Assembly (NCBI GenBank): GCA_964016885.1
Contig: OZ024749.1
Location: forward strand, 34,410,001 to 34,474,000
Length of the DNA stretch: 64,000 bases
From: Eledone cirrhosa
Lineage: Eukaryota
Direction of reading: 5' to 3'
Positions 26,869-40,556 of the stretch are shown here, piece after piece. The position numbers were made by a program, and so were the translations under genes. Numbering within the stretch: the first letter of the stretch is position 1; each line of letters begins with the position of its first letter. The notes beneath the pieces are model-generated. The model had not been told where the DNA came from. It made no database searches and saw nothing but the letters and a program-made list of their open reading frames with translations.

Positions 26869-27030
26869 GTATCCTAGGTTCAATCGGGGGAAACCACAGT
26901 AAGTAAGGTACTCAATACATAGCAGAGTATAAATATTTAATATAGAAATGGCTTCTACAGGACTAGAACTGATGATTATTTCCTTTTCAAACGAAACGGT
27001 TCTCGTCCTGTAGAAGCCATTTTCTATATT
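26869..27030 (-). mobile_element. Hairpin-plus-tail element (family H), probable PLE pLTR derivative
   Basis: Arms aatatagaaatggcttctacaggac / gtcctgtagaagccattttctatatt. Centre contains ctgatga...gaaac...gtc. The tail is the reverse complement of 52700-52772. Confidence 0.65.
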
Positions 27031-27046
27031 AGCCTATGACAAGTGT

Positions 27047-27122
27047 AAATATTAGAATAGGCAGAACCCACTGGAAGGTGTGCTTGAGGACTCTGCTCCT
27101 GCAACTCTTCCAAGGTGAAAAA

Positions 27123-27160
<38 letters not shown>

Positions 27161-27827
27161 TCATCATTTCATTTTACGTCCACTTTTCCCTGCTAGCAAG
27201 GGTGGGGCGGGAACTGATTCTGGCTTGATTTCTACAGCTGGATGCCCTTCCTAACACCAACCTCATTTACAGTGAGTGCTGGGTGCTTTTTGCCGTGGCA
27301 CCTCCACGACCACTTTGCAGTGGAATGATAGGGACCCCCAGTCCCTATCATCTCATTTCTACAGCTGAGTAAACTGGAGCAATATGAAATAAAGTGTCTT
27401 GCTCAAGGAAACAACACATCACCCGGTCTGAGAATTGAACTCACAACCTTTCGATTGCAAGGCCAATGCTCTAACCATTAAGCCATGTGCCTCCATAAGG
27501 AGGTTGTGAGTTCAATTCTCAGACCGGGTGATGTGTTGTTTCCTTGAGCAAGACACTTTATTTCATATTGCTCCAGTTTACTCAGCTGTAGAAATGAGAT
27601 GATAGGGACTGGGGGTCCCTATCATTCCACTGCAAAGTGGTTGTGGAGGTGCCACGGCAAAAACCACCCAGCACTCACTGTAAATGAGGTTGGTGTTAGG
27701 AAGGGCATCCAGCTGTAGAAATCAAGCCAGAATCAGTTCCCGTCCCACCCTTGCAAGCAGGGAAAAAGGGGACATATGATGATGATGATATATATTCTTT
27801 TTCACCGTTCTGCCTATTCTAATATTT
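27047..27827. mobile_element. Head-to-head inverted duplication of an RTE-tailed tRNA SINE and its flank
   Basis: Full SINE on minus at 27160-27494 and headless SINE on plus at 27501-27790. The flank aaatattagaataggcagaac is also mirrored. Confidence 0.9.
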
Positions 27828-27859
27828 TTAGGCTAACACCACAACTAAACATTAATTGA

Positions 27860-28180
27860 TCTAGCTGGATCCTCAAGCGATTCCAGCTGAAATCATGGAT
27901 GTTTTCCAACTATCTTGCTCGGGTTCTACCCCTGGGTCTCCTACTAGTTGGTTTTGACTGTAAAATCGGTCCAGCGATTCTTTCCTGAGACATTGTAACA
28001 ACTTGTCTGTAGTAGCGCTCTACCTGGAATGACTCTCTGATTTCTGATCTAAGCACTCCATTGAGTAATGTTACTCCAAAGGCTCTTCAAAGAAACCCTA
28101 TTTTAGTATCCTATATTTGTGATCGTATACTTTCAGTAAATACACAAGATGCATGATCACAGAAAAGTGTTAGCATGAAT
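27860..28180 (-). mobile_element. Decayed Expander-like RTE 3' fragment
   Basis: Homologous to 37800-38130. Confidence 0.6.
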
Positions 28181-28329
28181 ACCAAATTGAAGTTTTGTTT
28201 CCCTTTTACACCTATCTCCCTTCTGATTATCATATGCTGAAACTGGTGCATTATTGTTTGAGTTAAGAGATCAGTAAAGTATTCTTTCTACCTCATAAGT
28301 ATGATCGTCTGTTGACAACAAAATATTTC

Positions 28330-28800
28330 TCCCTCCAAATGAAAGGCCAGCTGTGTGTAGCCTATGTGTAAATTTCTATGCTGCATGGTAGTGAAACATG
28401 GGCAGTGACTGCTGAGGATATGTGCAGGCTGAAGAGAAATGAAACAAGCATGTTTTGATGTATGTTCATTGTAAGAGAATGACAAAGCTTGGATGAACTG
28501 AGAGAAAACTAAGTATAAGAAGAGTCAGAAGTAGTGTACAAGAAGGAAGATTGAATTGGTATGAAAAAGTGATGCACAAGTATGTTGATCACTGGGTGAA
28601 GAAAATCCAGAAACCCCAGTGGAAGGAAGTTCCAGTAGAGGAAGGTCAAAGAACACCTGGGCAGAGGTGGCAAGAGCTGATCTCAAATCACTGAAACTCA
28701 GTGGGGATGAAGGATCGTGATGTATAGAGAGATACTGTGCTGAAAAGAACTCATCCAACCCAAGCAGGCATGGAAAATGGACATAAAAAGGATGATGATG
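28330..28800 (+). mobile_element. Decayed RTE LINE 3' end with (ATG)n tail
   Basis: [22 protein letters not shown]...PVEGSSSRGRSKNTWAEV, same family as 58709-60954. Confidence 0.8.
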
Positions 28801-28824
28801 ATATATGTATAAATGAGTGTGTAT

Positions 28825-29625
28825 ATGCAAAAAGTAAACAGAAATAACAACGCAAATGGCTCAATAAAATGAATTAGTTTTATGCTTGATACAGTAGGTA
28901 AAGAGTCTTAACGTTTTGGACGCTAATCCTTCAATGAGAAATTAAAGAAGAAATAGAAAGATAGAGAGAGAGCAGTGGCAGAAATGAAAAAAAATTTCTT
29001 GGAGAAAAAGCAAGTCTGTTCAGTTTGCTATCTCATGGAAAACTGTTGAATTCAGCGTTTTGGTATAAGAAGTTCAGTTGGCCATCTTTTGAATGGCTGT
29101 GATTAAATTTGTCTGTATCATGCTGAAAAGGAAAAATTAATCCCTTTGTATATAGAGTGAACATGCATGTGTATAAGTGTGTGTCTGTTGTTTGGCTGTA
29201 CGAAGCTGTGAGGATATGTATGTATATAAGTTTAAGAATATGTGTGTGTGTGTGCATGTTTGTTGTTGGTCTGTACAAAGCTGAAAGCGTGTGTGTTTCT
29301 GACCGTAACAGAGCCATAGGAACCTTGGGGGTGAATGTGCATGCATGTGACTGCGAACAAAGTAGGGGTGACAGGTGGCTAGGGGTATAGAAGCAAATGC
29401 GAATGTATGTGTACAAGGGTAAATAGATTAAAAACATTGGGGAGGGGAGTTGAGACCATTAGGGAAACTGGATCCAAGGGAGAAAATTAAATTCTTCTCA
29501 GTCCTGGTATGCAAGGCCAGTGATCCATGATGTAAAAAGACACCTATGACTGAGACATGTAGAGAGGAGTGGCCTGGGGAACGGAAGTGACGGGCAATAG
29601 AGGTATGGTATCCCTGCCAAGTTGT
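28825..29625 (-). mobile_element. Penelope-like element 3' end (GIY-YIG C-terminus, 3' UTR, pLTR with decayed hammerhead)
   Basis: SIARHFRSPGHS...TEKNLIFSLGSSFPNGLN matches the PLE endonuclease end. Minus-strand ctcattgaaggattagcgtccaaaacgttaaga near 28905-28935 is hammerhead-like. Related ends are at 47355-47480 and 47935-48040. Confidence 0.7.
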
Positions 29626-30149
29626 ATGTTGCTCAAGCAAAATGTTGCTACCTCTGGTTTCCAACTTAGCATGTGACTATGATTGTTCATGAGCACATTC
29701 ACATACTTCGTTTTCTTTCAGGCAACTGTAAACAAAGATGGCCTATGCTATTAACCTGAAATCTTATTAGGTGTAAGTTAGCATAACCCTGTGTCAATTA
29801 ACTTGCTAATAATATAGTTAATCAGCTATTAATTAAATTGGTTTCTTAATTCAGGGGAAATGACTCTTGCTAATATGGTGTATTATGATGTGTATTAGAG
29901 TCAAATGCTAATTATATGTATATTTTAGTGTGTGCATGCCTTTATGCTTATCTTGGTGTGAAGTTCTCTATGGTGTTTGTGCATTTGTGATATTACTGTG
30001 AAATGGGTTATTAAGTGTAATGTCATATGTCAAGGTTTGTATGGGATATGTACTATATGTATGCATCTGTATGTAACTATACATAGCTGGGTATGGTATT
30101 TAAGGTGGTTGTAGGTTTGTGAAAGTGCTGGCCCATGCTGCAAGCAGGT

Positions 30150-30735
30150 GTTCATATGTGACCATTTTCTGGTAGATAATTGCAAACCCTGTAATATCCT
30201 GTATTTCTCGCTAATACAAAGTGAACACCTTTTCTTTCTTTAATATAGGGTTTGGTCTTTCCCAGGATGTTCCTTTCTATTTTGTGTGGTATGTTCATAT
30301 CTTTAAGTTCCCACACATGGATAGCCAGTGTTGTTGTTTTATTCAGATGTTGGTATCTAAATGACGTGATATGTAAGTAGTACTGCTTTTTGAAGCCGTC
30401 ATGTGTCCTGCCCACATATCGTTCATTTGCAGTCAGTTGACCATCTACATTGGTTACAATCATGGCTTTATAGACTACCAATCTCGTGTTGCATTTATGT
30501 TATAGGGGGCATTCTTTTTTTTCCTACATGAGCATCCTGGATGGTCTTCTGGTGTACTTTTTGTGGTTATTTTAGATCTCATCAATGTGCTGAAGAGTAG
30601 CTAATTTTCACCAACTGCCTGTTAAATATCTTATTATACCTATGGTGGGGTGAGAAGTGCTTATCTATTAGTTGTAGGAATTTTCTACCTCCGTTGGTCT
30701 TCACTGCTAGGGAGAAGAGTGGTGGGAACCAGATG
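30150..30735 (-). mobile_element. Naiad-type Penelope-like element fragment (thumb, CxCx5Cx5C linker, GIY-YIG)
   Basis: IWFPPLFSLAVKTNGGRKFLQLIDKHFSPHHRYNKIFNRQLVKISYS; CSCRKKKECPL*HKC; VVYKA...YVGRT..GFKKQYYLHITSF...LAIHVWELK. Confidence 0.75.
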
Positions 30736-30969
30736 TGTGTGTATATATATATATATTTGTATGTATATATATCCATGTATTTTTGATGAACATGAAAATG
30801 AATACTCTATACTGAGGTCCACACCTTCCTTATTTAATTTAGCTCCTTTTTTCCGCCTTTTTCTTTTCATAACTCCCTTTTATCCCTCCCTACACGCCCA
30901 TTCCAAAATACTTATCCCCTTTTTCCCCTTTGTGTCTTCCACGATTTATACTGTCTCTGTTGAAAATTT

Positions 30970-31024
30970 AATCTTGTCTAATAAGCCTGAGAGTGCACAG
31001 GTGAAATTCCAGAGTAAGAAGGTT
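30970..31024 (+). ncRNA. Degenerate type I hammerhead ribozyme
   Basis: Stem I aatcttgt/agaaggtt (7/8 pairs), core ctaataa for CTGATGA, stem II gcctg/caggt, GAAA, GTA triplet. Confidence 0.45.
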
Positions 31025-33224
31025 CACCACTTAGCCATAAATGAATATGTCTATGTGTATATCATTGTTGTCATCATCATCATCATCATCGTTGTCATCA
31101 TCATCATCATCGTTTAATGTCTGCTTTCCCTCTAGCAAGGGTCTATATAAACCAAGTCAGTACTAAATCATGGCTACTGACACCCCCCCCCCCTCCCAAC
31201 AGACGGGGGGGGGGGTCTGAATCTCACTTACGTATAGTCTTATATTCTGTTGAGTGCACAGGAGAGCTTTCTATGGCTGTATGCGCTTCCTTTCACCAAC
31301 TTTATATATATAGGGAAATAATAGTCAAGTTTTAAAGAGGTACCAAATGTTTTTTCTATGTACTTGTAATGTTTATAGTAAACAACAAAAACGAAATTTA
31401 TTGACCTCAGAAGGACAAAATATAAATAGTTTTTTTAGCTAGAAGGAAGTTTTCAGAAATAGTCATGATTATTTAAATAATTTTTGTACTATCTTGTTTC
31501 GCTGTGTAGCTTTTCAACTATTTCATCCTGTTCTTAATGTGTTTTTCTTTTGTTACTTGTGTTTTAGTGAAAACTAGGAACACAACTGATTGTATCTTTG
31601 TTGCTTATGTCAAGGAAAATACAACCCATTACAAGGGATGTGATTGTTGTTAGACTAAGTATTAAAAATTATGTTTGTAATGAATTGAGTTTCAGTTTAA
31701 ACTTACTTATGAAAAATATTTCATTCCTAGTACATTTTCCTCCGTTATGGAGCAGCTGCATTGGTAGAATGGGAAAACATCGAAATTTGGCAAGTCCATC
31801 CTCTGCAGTCCTTTATATGTTGGCTAAGAGGGATCATTCTGATATACAGATCCCTAATTTGTTAATAGTGAAATGTCATCTTGTGTCAGATTGTTTAAAC
31901 TGGCTCTAACTGGATGCTCATACTTATGTTAAAGTATTGTTTTCAAAATGAATAATATCAAAATCTTGTAGATTCAGTATTATGTGAGATAGTGTTTACC
32001 ATGAAAATACAATAGGAAATTGAATAATGTAAATGCTAAAGGGTTAATTATGGTTTGCAACTTTGCATTCATCAGTATCTTTTTTGGTGACTTCGGCTGT
32101 TGTTTACTTTTTATAATTGGTTATTTTTGTAAGAGGTTTTTCATTTTTTGTCCTTTAGTAGGATAGGGAGATTTAGTTATATGTGTGTGTGTAGATTTTT
32201 TGGGATCTTTGGATTAAAAGCTTAAATATATGGTGTGACCTTTTTTTCCTTAAACCACTAGACTTAATATGAACTTAAATACTAAGTAAAGAGAAAACAT
32301 ATTAAAAAAATATTTTATTGACAATATATCAATAATTCTCAAGTCCTATAATGTGTCATCAAACCTTCAACCTAAAAGAAATATTTACTTAATTGCAGTA
32401 CCCCAGCATGGCCTCAGCCTGTGCAATAGGGTAATATTGCCAGACCACCTCACTACTCACTACTATTGGATCTGAGCTCCACCAGTGGCAATTGCTTTTT
32501 CAACATGTCTTCCTCTCTATCCTCCAGAGTAACATTTTCTCCATTCTGTCCTCTGCTGGGATCGTTAAATAGCCTGCACATAGTCTGTCACACACCTAAG
32601 AAACCCCCCATCCCCACCCCCTCACACACACACACTGTAAGGGCCTGAATCACTGGGGTAACAATGTTATGACAGGAATAAATGTTTTATTTTCTCTCAT
32701 AAAACATCTCTTTCATATATCCACTTGTATAATGTTTGTCAAAACCATACATACATACATACATACATATACACACTCAGTTTACAGCCATGCAAGACCT
32801 TTGCTCCAAGGGTGGGGGCTGCTATGCTCCCCTCCCCACTACTTTTCAATGATGCACCCTTAAAATTTAGAAATATTTACAGTGTTGATACTTATTTTAA
32901 AACTCTGCCTTAGGATTATTGTGAATTAGTATGCTCACTTGGAATGTTCTGAAGTCAGCTCTACCCACCCCTCTAACCCTGTACCCTACTCCCAGCTAGA
33001 TCCCTACCCCCTCCTCAAACACCAAAGCCTGATGATGGCCCTGCAGCTATGTTTACACACTTGTTAATAAGATGGTTGTTTGTTAGTTAAGATACACTTA
33101 TTCATCAACTTTGGAATATGAAATCTCATTAAATGCGAGTATGGCAATTTTCTCCATTTCATTCTATCAATAACTGACAACTCTAACAGTAAACAGAACT
33201 ATTCATACACAATTTTCATTTTAA

Positions 33225-33415
33225 TCCTTTAGCATTTACTATTGTGTTTTCACGGTAATTATCTCACATAATATCGAATCTTATGAGATTTTGATATCAT
33301 TTATTTTGAGAACAATACGTTAATGCTAGATGAGCAACCGGTTATGAACAGCTGGTTTGAACAGAAAGAGGTGAGAGAATTCTGACTGGAGACGATCAGT
33401 TTAAATGCTAAAGGG
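33225..33415. mobile_element. TTAA-flanked piggyBac-like MITE
   Basis: ttaa|tcctttagcattta ... taaatgctaaaggg|ttaa. Confidence 0.75.
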
Positions 33416-33559
33416 TTAAATTAAAAAAAAGAAACTGTGTATAGTTTTAGTAGTAGTGTTGGCGGTGGCAGCAGCAGTGGTGAGGGTAGCTGCAAGCCTA
33501 AAAATTCCATTAGTATTTGGTCAAATTAGTTATATCTGAAAAATATATTCTAAAATAAT

Positions 33560-33955
33560 GGCACAAGGGCATCAATTTTGGAGGAGGGGACAGTCGATTA
33601 AATCGACCCCAGTGCGTGACTGGTACTTTATTTTATCGACCCCATAAGGATGAAAGGCAACGTTAACCGTGGCGGGATTTGAACTCGGATCATAAAGGGC
33701 CGTAACTCCATGCTGCAAAGCATGGCGTCCAACTCTCTACTGATACTGCCAATCCCCTGCCATAATATATTCTAAAATAATTGTTTCTACTTTAGGCACA
33801 AGGCCAGCAATTACCCAGTGCATTACTGGTACTTTATTTTATCGACCCCGTAAGGATGAAAGGCAAAGTCAACCTCGGCGGGATTTGAACTCAGATCGTA
33901 AAGGGACGTAACTATGCTGGAAAGCATGACGTCCGACCCTCTACCGATACTGCCA
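33560..33955 (-). mobile_element. Two tandem Meta-like SINEs
   Basis: Reverse complements of the 11430-type SINE. The first copy is flanked by the direct repeat aatatattctaaaataat (TSD). Confidence 0.85.
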
Positions 33956-34974
33956 AAAATAATGAGAGTATTTTATAATATGAAATACTGTTATACAATT
34001 TGAAATAATTCTACCTTAAAATGATTGGTAAATACTTACAGTAGCTCTTCCTCAGTTTTCTTGCATGACATTGTCCATGTTTTACCATTCAATAGGATAT
34101 CTTCATTCTCTCCTAATCTTAATTAAATTAACATGTTGCATTCATTCTTTTATATAACAATCTTATTTCATAATGACTGCTACATGTGGAAACATACAGG
34201 CCAAAGATGTATTTTAACAAATACAAATAAAAAAACAGATTAATGACAAATTACACATCCACTTACCTTATTAATAAAATTATCAAAATATTTAAACTAC
34301 AGTTGATTTCATTTAATTGTTTACCACATAATTCATAATTTCTTTAATTGCATAGCTTTTTCAAAGCACCAAATAGATTAGTATCAAATCTATGTAAAAT
34401 TGACCACTTAATTCATTATAAAAATAAAGTCGATTTCAGTTAATTGTATTTTTTTCTTTTTTGTTATAATTTGTGTAAAATGAACATAGCAAAACGTTGC
34501 ATGAAATTAAACATTTGATTTTATATATAATTTGGTTCTAGAAGCTTCCATTGCAATGATCAGTTAAAATCCTGGTTGTCAAAACTTCATGTTTACAAAC
34601 AGCCAGTGTGAAAAGATCCAAATATATTCCAGTTAACTTTGATAACTTTCGGCTAGTATTGGCCTAGGTTTTGTCTAACTTATTCTATTATTGCGGTAAA
34701 TCAGGGCAGTGGATTGGCAGAACAAGTAGAGCATCAAATATAATGCTTTGTGGCTTTTGTTCCTGCTCTTTACATTCTGAGCTCAAATACTGCCAACATC
34801 AACTTTGCTATTCATCGTTTTCGAGTCAATGAAATAAAGTACCAGTTATGTACGGGTGTCATTATAATCAACTTTCCCTTCCTCCCCAATAAATAAAAAC
34901 TCTCAAAGTTGGTATGAAGGAGGGATTGGCCAGTTAGAGAAGAAAGGAAAAAAAAGGGGGGGGGGATTTGTGCT

Positions 34975-35420
34975 TGGGTATATAGTACACTTGGTTAACT
35001 TGACAATATGTGCCTGGGTATTTAACACTCTAAGCTAGCTCTACAATATATGACTGGGTATTTAGCACTCTAAGCTAGCTCTACAATATATGACTGGGTA
35101 TTTAGCACTCTAAGCTAGCTCTACAATATGTGCCTGGATGTTTAGCACTCTAAGCTAGTTCTAAAATATGTGCCTTGGTATTTAATACTCTGTGTTAGCT
35201 CTACAATATATGACTGGGTATTTAGCACTCTAAGCTAGTTCTAAAATATGTGCCTTGGTATTTAACACTCTGTGTTAGCTCTACAATATATGACTGGGTA
35301 TTTAGCACTCTAAGCTAGCTCTACAATATGTGTCTGGGTATTTAGCACCCTAAGATAGCTCTACAATATGTGTCTGGGAATTTAGCACCCTAGGCTATCT
35401 CAACAATGTGAGCTTGGGTA
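34975..35420. repeat. 40-bp minisatellite
   Basis: Unit ctacaatatatgactgggtatttagcactctaagctagct, about 11 copies. Confidence 0.95.
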
Positions 35421-36156
35421 TCAACATATTCATTTTCAAATTTAGTTTCTAAAAAAAAATCTTCATAAATTTGACATTAGGTTTAAATTAAACTTCCTTT
35501 ACTGAATGAGTCTTTCTTCACTATTTCGACATGCACAGTAAAATCTGTGCTTTGTTGATGAGTTCACAATATGACTGAAACATGCCTCCCATGCCTGCAA
35601 AAAGTAATAATAACAATAATATTAGTCATTGATTATCATTGTTTTTGTCTTGTTTTTTCTTAACATATAATCATTTCCATGCCCCATACATTAAATATAT
35701 TAACACAACTGCAAATACAGCACTTTTCTTGACATCTTCAAAAGCTTTAGAAAGTATAATAGTACTTGTTGTTTTTGTGGTTTTTTTATTGTTGTTTTTA
35801 TTTCTTTTTTTTTTGTCTGCAATGACCGTTTCCTCGCATAAATAGTCAACTTGTTTTTCTCACTCCCATTCTTTCTTCTCCTCCTCCATTTCTCTCTCTC
35901 TCTCTCTCTCTCTTAACAAAACACATGCACATACACTCCAGAAATGTGACACAAATGATATTTTAGTGGCGAGATGATTGCCAATTGAGGTATATGTCTC
36001 TATTTTTAAAAACTGCTATTAAATGCTGCGTGATTACACACCCTTATGGAAAATGACAAACTGGTTATAATTTCCATCCTACGTAACAAAACAGCATAAT
36101 TAATAGAACGTATTTAAATTATTTATTACTAAGCCCATAAAACTATATGGCCATCT

Positions 36157-36202
36157 ATGTATGCTGCTGCAATTGGTTTTTATAGCTGTGTTATGGACAA
36201 AT
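36157..36202 (+). CDS. Candidate alternative first coding exon C (MYAAAIGFYSCVMDK, phase-1 donor)
   Basis: ATG 36157, donor AAT|GTAAGA at 36202/36203. CT-rich promoter-like tract at 35860-35915. Confidence 0.3.
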
Positions 36203-36351
36203 GTAAGACATATACATGTATACATCATCATCATCATCATCATTTTACGTCCGCTCTTCCCTGCTCGCAAGGATGGGACATATATATATATATAATATTC
36301 TTTTTGGTTTGATTTGCTGAAGGAATGTATGTGTATATATCTCTATCTATC

Positions 36352-36403
<52 letters not shown>

Positions 36404-36410
36404 TATTTTA

Positions 36411-36560
36411 TATAGAAATGACTTCTACAGGACTAGAACTGTTTCATTTGTATGAAATCATGATACAAGTGAAACAGTTCTAGTTCTGTAGAAGTCATTT
36501 CTATATTAAATAATGATGCTTGCACTCTACTAATGTAGATATTACTTGGGATCTACGCAA
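36411..36560 (+). mobile_element. Hairpin-plus-tail element (family H)
   Basis: tatagaaatgacttctacaggactagaactgtttca ... tgaaacagttctagttctgtagaagtcatttctata, between microsatellite tracts. Confidence 0.65.
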
Positions 36561-36565
36561 ACACT

Positions 36566-36620
<55 letters not shown>

Positions 36621-37211
36621 TCACATTCATACATGTGATATAGTTTGTCCCATACATATATCATGTTTCTAATAACTATACTATATTTTCTCATTTCTAT
36701 TTCGATTTAACATTTCTATACAATATTTCCTATTTTAAGTTGTTTTTTTTATTATTTTTCTTTGTTTGTTTTTTTTAAATACTTTACTTAGAAATTGAAA
36801 AAAATTTTGAGATTTTATTAATAATTCTTGGGTTTTTCCTTTTTTTTTTTTTTTGGAATTGGATAAAATAAGATATTGTATACAATTAAACAACATTTTT
36901 TTCTTGTGAAAATAGGTTTGGTGTACTTGAGTTCTTTCAAACTTTTTCACTTACATTTTTTTTTTTCTTAGAATCTTTTTAAAGAGATTAATGTAATTGT
37001 AAAATTTTCTTTCAGTTAAAACATTTAAATGTAAATTTGCTCAGTATTTTGTATGTGTGTGTGTCCGTGTGTGTGTCCATGTCTGAGTAGATATGTGTGT
37101 CTGTGTGTATATGGGTGTATATGGGTGTGTCCATGTATATATGTGTCCATGTATATATATATATATATATATTTATGTATGTATGTCCATGTATATATAT
37201 GTGTGTGTCTG

Positions 37212-37249
<38 letters not shown>

Positions 37250-37714
37250 CGTGTGTGTCCATGTGTAAATATGTGTGTGTCCATGTATACATATGTGTGT
37301 ATGTTTGTGTTCTGTAAGCTAGTTGTTTAACCAAAGAGATGTTGATAAATAAGTACCAAGCATGAGCCAGCCTTCTCATATATACTGTATCATACTGAAT
37401 CTCCCTGAGAATTACATTAGGGATACACATGTCTGTGGAATACTCAACCAATTACAGGTTCATTTCACCAGAAGGTTCATTGAAAATGTGTAACACTTCT
37501 TGTCAGTAAGTGATGGAGTTCTCACACACACACACACACGCACACGCACACGCACACGCACACGCACACGCACACGCACACGCACACGCACACACACACA
37601 CACACACACACACCTTGAGTTTTACTTATGATTCTTTTCTCACTATTTCTATATCAAAGTTTGTGCTTAACATTTTATTTTTTCATTTATTTCTTGTATA
37701 AAACCTTCTCTCCT

Positions 37715-38295
37715 GCTTCTTCTTTGCCCATTTATTCCTGGGAGGTGTCATAGGAGCAGAGTCCTAAAACATTTCTTCCTGTGGGTCCTGTCAGAAGCAA
37801 CCATATCCAATTGGTCCAGCTGGATCTCCACGCTCATGGATGTTATGTGGTTGATTTTTGCCCGTAAAATCTGTCCAACAATTCTTTTCTGAGACATTCT
37901 AACCATATGCCCATCGTATCAGAGCTATGATCTCCTAATTTGGAGAAGTAGTGGCTCTGTCTGGAACGACTCTCTTATCTCCAAGCTTCGTTTTCCATTG
38001 AGTAATGTTACTCCAAAGACCCTTTGAAGGAACCCCATTTTGGCTGCTTGTATTTTTTGTTATTGTATTTTAACTGTCATTACCCAAGATTCATGACCAA
38101 AGGTAATTATTGACACTAATACCGAATTGAAGATAGCCAGTTTAGCTTTTACACCTACCTCCCTTCTCCTGATTACTGAATGGTGAAGTTGATACATTAC
38201 TGCACCAGCTCCTGCAATTCTTACACTTAATTTAGCCTCCTTCCTTCCATCACTCTTGAACACAGCACTGAGGTACTTGACCTTTCCCACCTGCT
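37715..38295 (-). mobile_element. Expander-like RTE LINE 3' fragment
   Basis: KVKYLSAVFKSDGRKEAKLSVRIAGAGAVM..L..SVIRRREVGVKAKLAIFNSVLVSIITFGHESWVMT, ending in a gaagaag tail. Confidence 0.85.
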
Positions 38296-38542
38296 ATAAA
38301 ACCTTATATGTATATATATGTTAATTTTTTTGTTTAATTAATCAATAATGTTTATCTGTAAAAAGCTCAAACTTCTATTCAGATCATCGATAATATAATA
38401 TATTTGTAAATGATATATACAAGGATATCTCAATTGAGAAACCAGCTAGAATTTTGTACATATATATATAGAGCAAATGATATGTAGATTTTAAATACAA
38501 ATTTAAAACCATACTCTTAGGTGTTAGAATATTAAGCTATAT

Positions 38543-38581
<39 letters not shown>

Positions 38582-38811
38582 GTGATAAAAAATCGGTGGA
38601 AGTGAAAAAGGAAAAAGGTGAACAGTGCTCAAACTAAAGTTTCAAGGTCCAAATATAACCATCCCTCCAGATGACTAGGTCACAAATTTGATCGTGTGTA
38701 CAATCTGGGAGATTGTCATAATAGGACCTTGAGACCTTAGGTAGTGCTTTGTTCTGTGTATGGATATAAATAATTTAATATACTATATATATATATATAC
38801 ACACACACACA

Positions 38812-38998
38812 CAAGGATGAGCTGAAAAGTTTATAAGCTGACAATGGAGTGATGCTAGAGCTGGGAAACCTTGCATGCATTAATTTCGACTCTTATTAAT
38901 AACTGTGTTGTTTCTTTCCAGTGACTATATTGAAAAATAAACCTCATTTGGTCATTCCATGAAAGTATAATGGTCAGCCTATGAACTTTTCAGCTGAC
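38812..38998. mobile_element. Mariner-like MITE remnant
   Basis: gctgaaaagtttataagctgac ... gtcagcctatgaacttttcagc inverted termini. Confidence 0.55.
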
Positions 38999-40123
38999 GC
39001 TAGGGGATCTTTACTTTACAATTGTATATATATATATATAGTATACATACATATATGATTTGCATGCATACATACATACATACATACATGATATGCATGC
39101 ATGCATATGTACATACATACATTTATATAGTATACATACATATATATATATGTATTTAATATAGCGTGGATTATAATTGTGTGTGTGTGTGTGTTTGTGT
39201 GCGTGTGTAAAGGTAAAAAGGAAGATACATATACTGTATACATAAACACAGTCCTCAATGTAACATGGTAGGTGTTAGGAAGGGCATCCAACCATAGAAA
39301 CCAAGCCAAAATACAATTCTGTATGAGCAGACATATCTCATAACATGACACCCTGTCTAACCCATGCTAGTGTTAAAAAATAGCTGTTAAACAATGATGA
39401 TGATATATAGTACTTGAAGATTTGTTTTTATATAAATACATTCATTGCATTCTGGCAACAGACTTCAAGTTACAAAGGGGTCATCCTATCATTACCAAAT
39501 CTTTGGAAAAGGAATTTTATCAACAGTTTTGATATATATATATATAATGTACTACGCATTTACATTAAAATATGTTACCAAACACTGTTTTTTATAACAT
39601 AATTTAACTTACATATGTTTCATCCCCCCAGGGATTCCTTGGAATTAACCAATATATAAATACCTCAGCAAGTTAATCTTTTCCAAACACACAATAATCA
39701 ATAGAACATTTTGTACATATATATATATATGTACATCATCATCATTATCATCATCGTTTAACGTCCATGTTCCACGCTTGCATGGGTTTGGACGGGAGTT
39801 TTCCCACTTGAGGCAAGAGTGGTTGACTGCTCGCATAGCACTGTCTGGCGGGTTTTCTACAGCTGGATGCCCTTCCTAACACCAACCACATTTACAGTGT
39901 GGGGCTGGGAGGTTTTTACCGTGTTGCCTACACGGCCACATTACAGCGTGGACTGTGTGTTTTTTTTGTCGTGACATCTACACGATCTCATTTGTTTCGG
40001 CCTGGATGTTGTGGCACCAACATAACTTTACATTGAAGGGGTGGTGTGGATGTGGTGGGGGTGGTGGGACGGGGAGTATTTTGTTAGAGATGCCTACTGA
40101 CTGTAGTAGGTTTTACTTTGTAT

Positions 40124-40556
40124 TTAGGTAAGGCGGGTCTTCTCTATTACTGAGTACCGCCAAAGGTCTCGGTCCAGTGACATTGTCTTGGAGAGGTGTA
40201 AGTGTGTGAGGTTGGAATTTATCAGCTCGTCCCAGGTTTTTCTGGGTCTGCCTACTCCGTGGCTACTGTCTATCTTTATTGCCCTGCACTTTGTTATACA
40301 GCTGTCGTCTTTCATGCGCATCACGTGACCATACCAACGTAGCCTTCTCTCGAGTAAACATCTGATCCCTCTTATTTCTAATTTTTTCCTTAGTTCGTTT
40401 ATGCTTTGCCGTTCACGTATATTACTATTACACATCCAGTGGAGCATGCAAGCTTCGTTCCTCTCTAGTCTGCGTATATCCTCTGCACATAATGCCCAGG
40501 TCTCACTGCCATGCAACATTGCTGTTCGTATGCAGGCATCATACAACCTGCCTTTC

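Noticed and set aside
30485-30540. Selenocysteine recoding in the Naiad-type element
   Set aside because: All four linker cysteines are TGC/TGT codons. The in-frame stop there is TAA, which is decay.
31598-31909. 103-aa ORF in a unique region
   Set aside because: No recognisable domain and no good GT donor.
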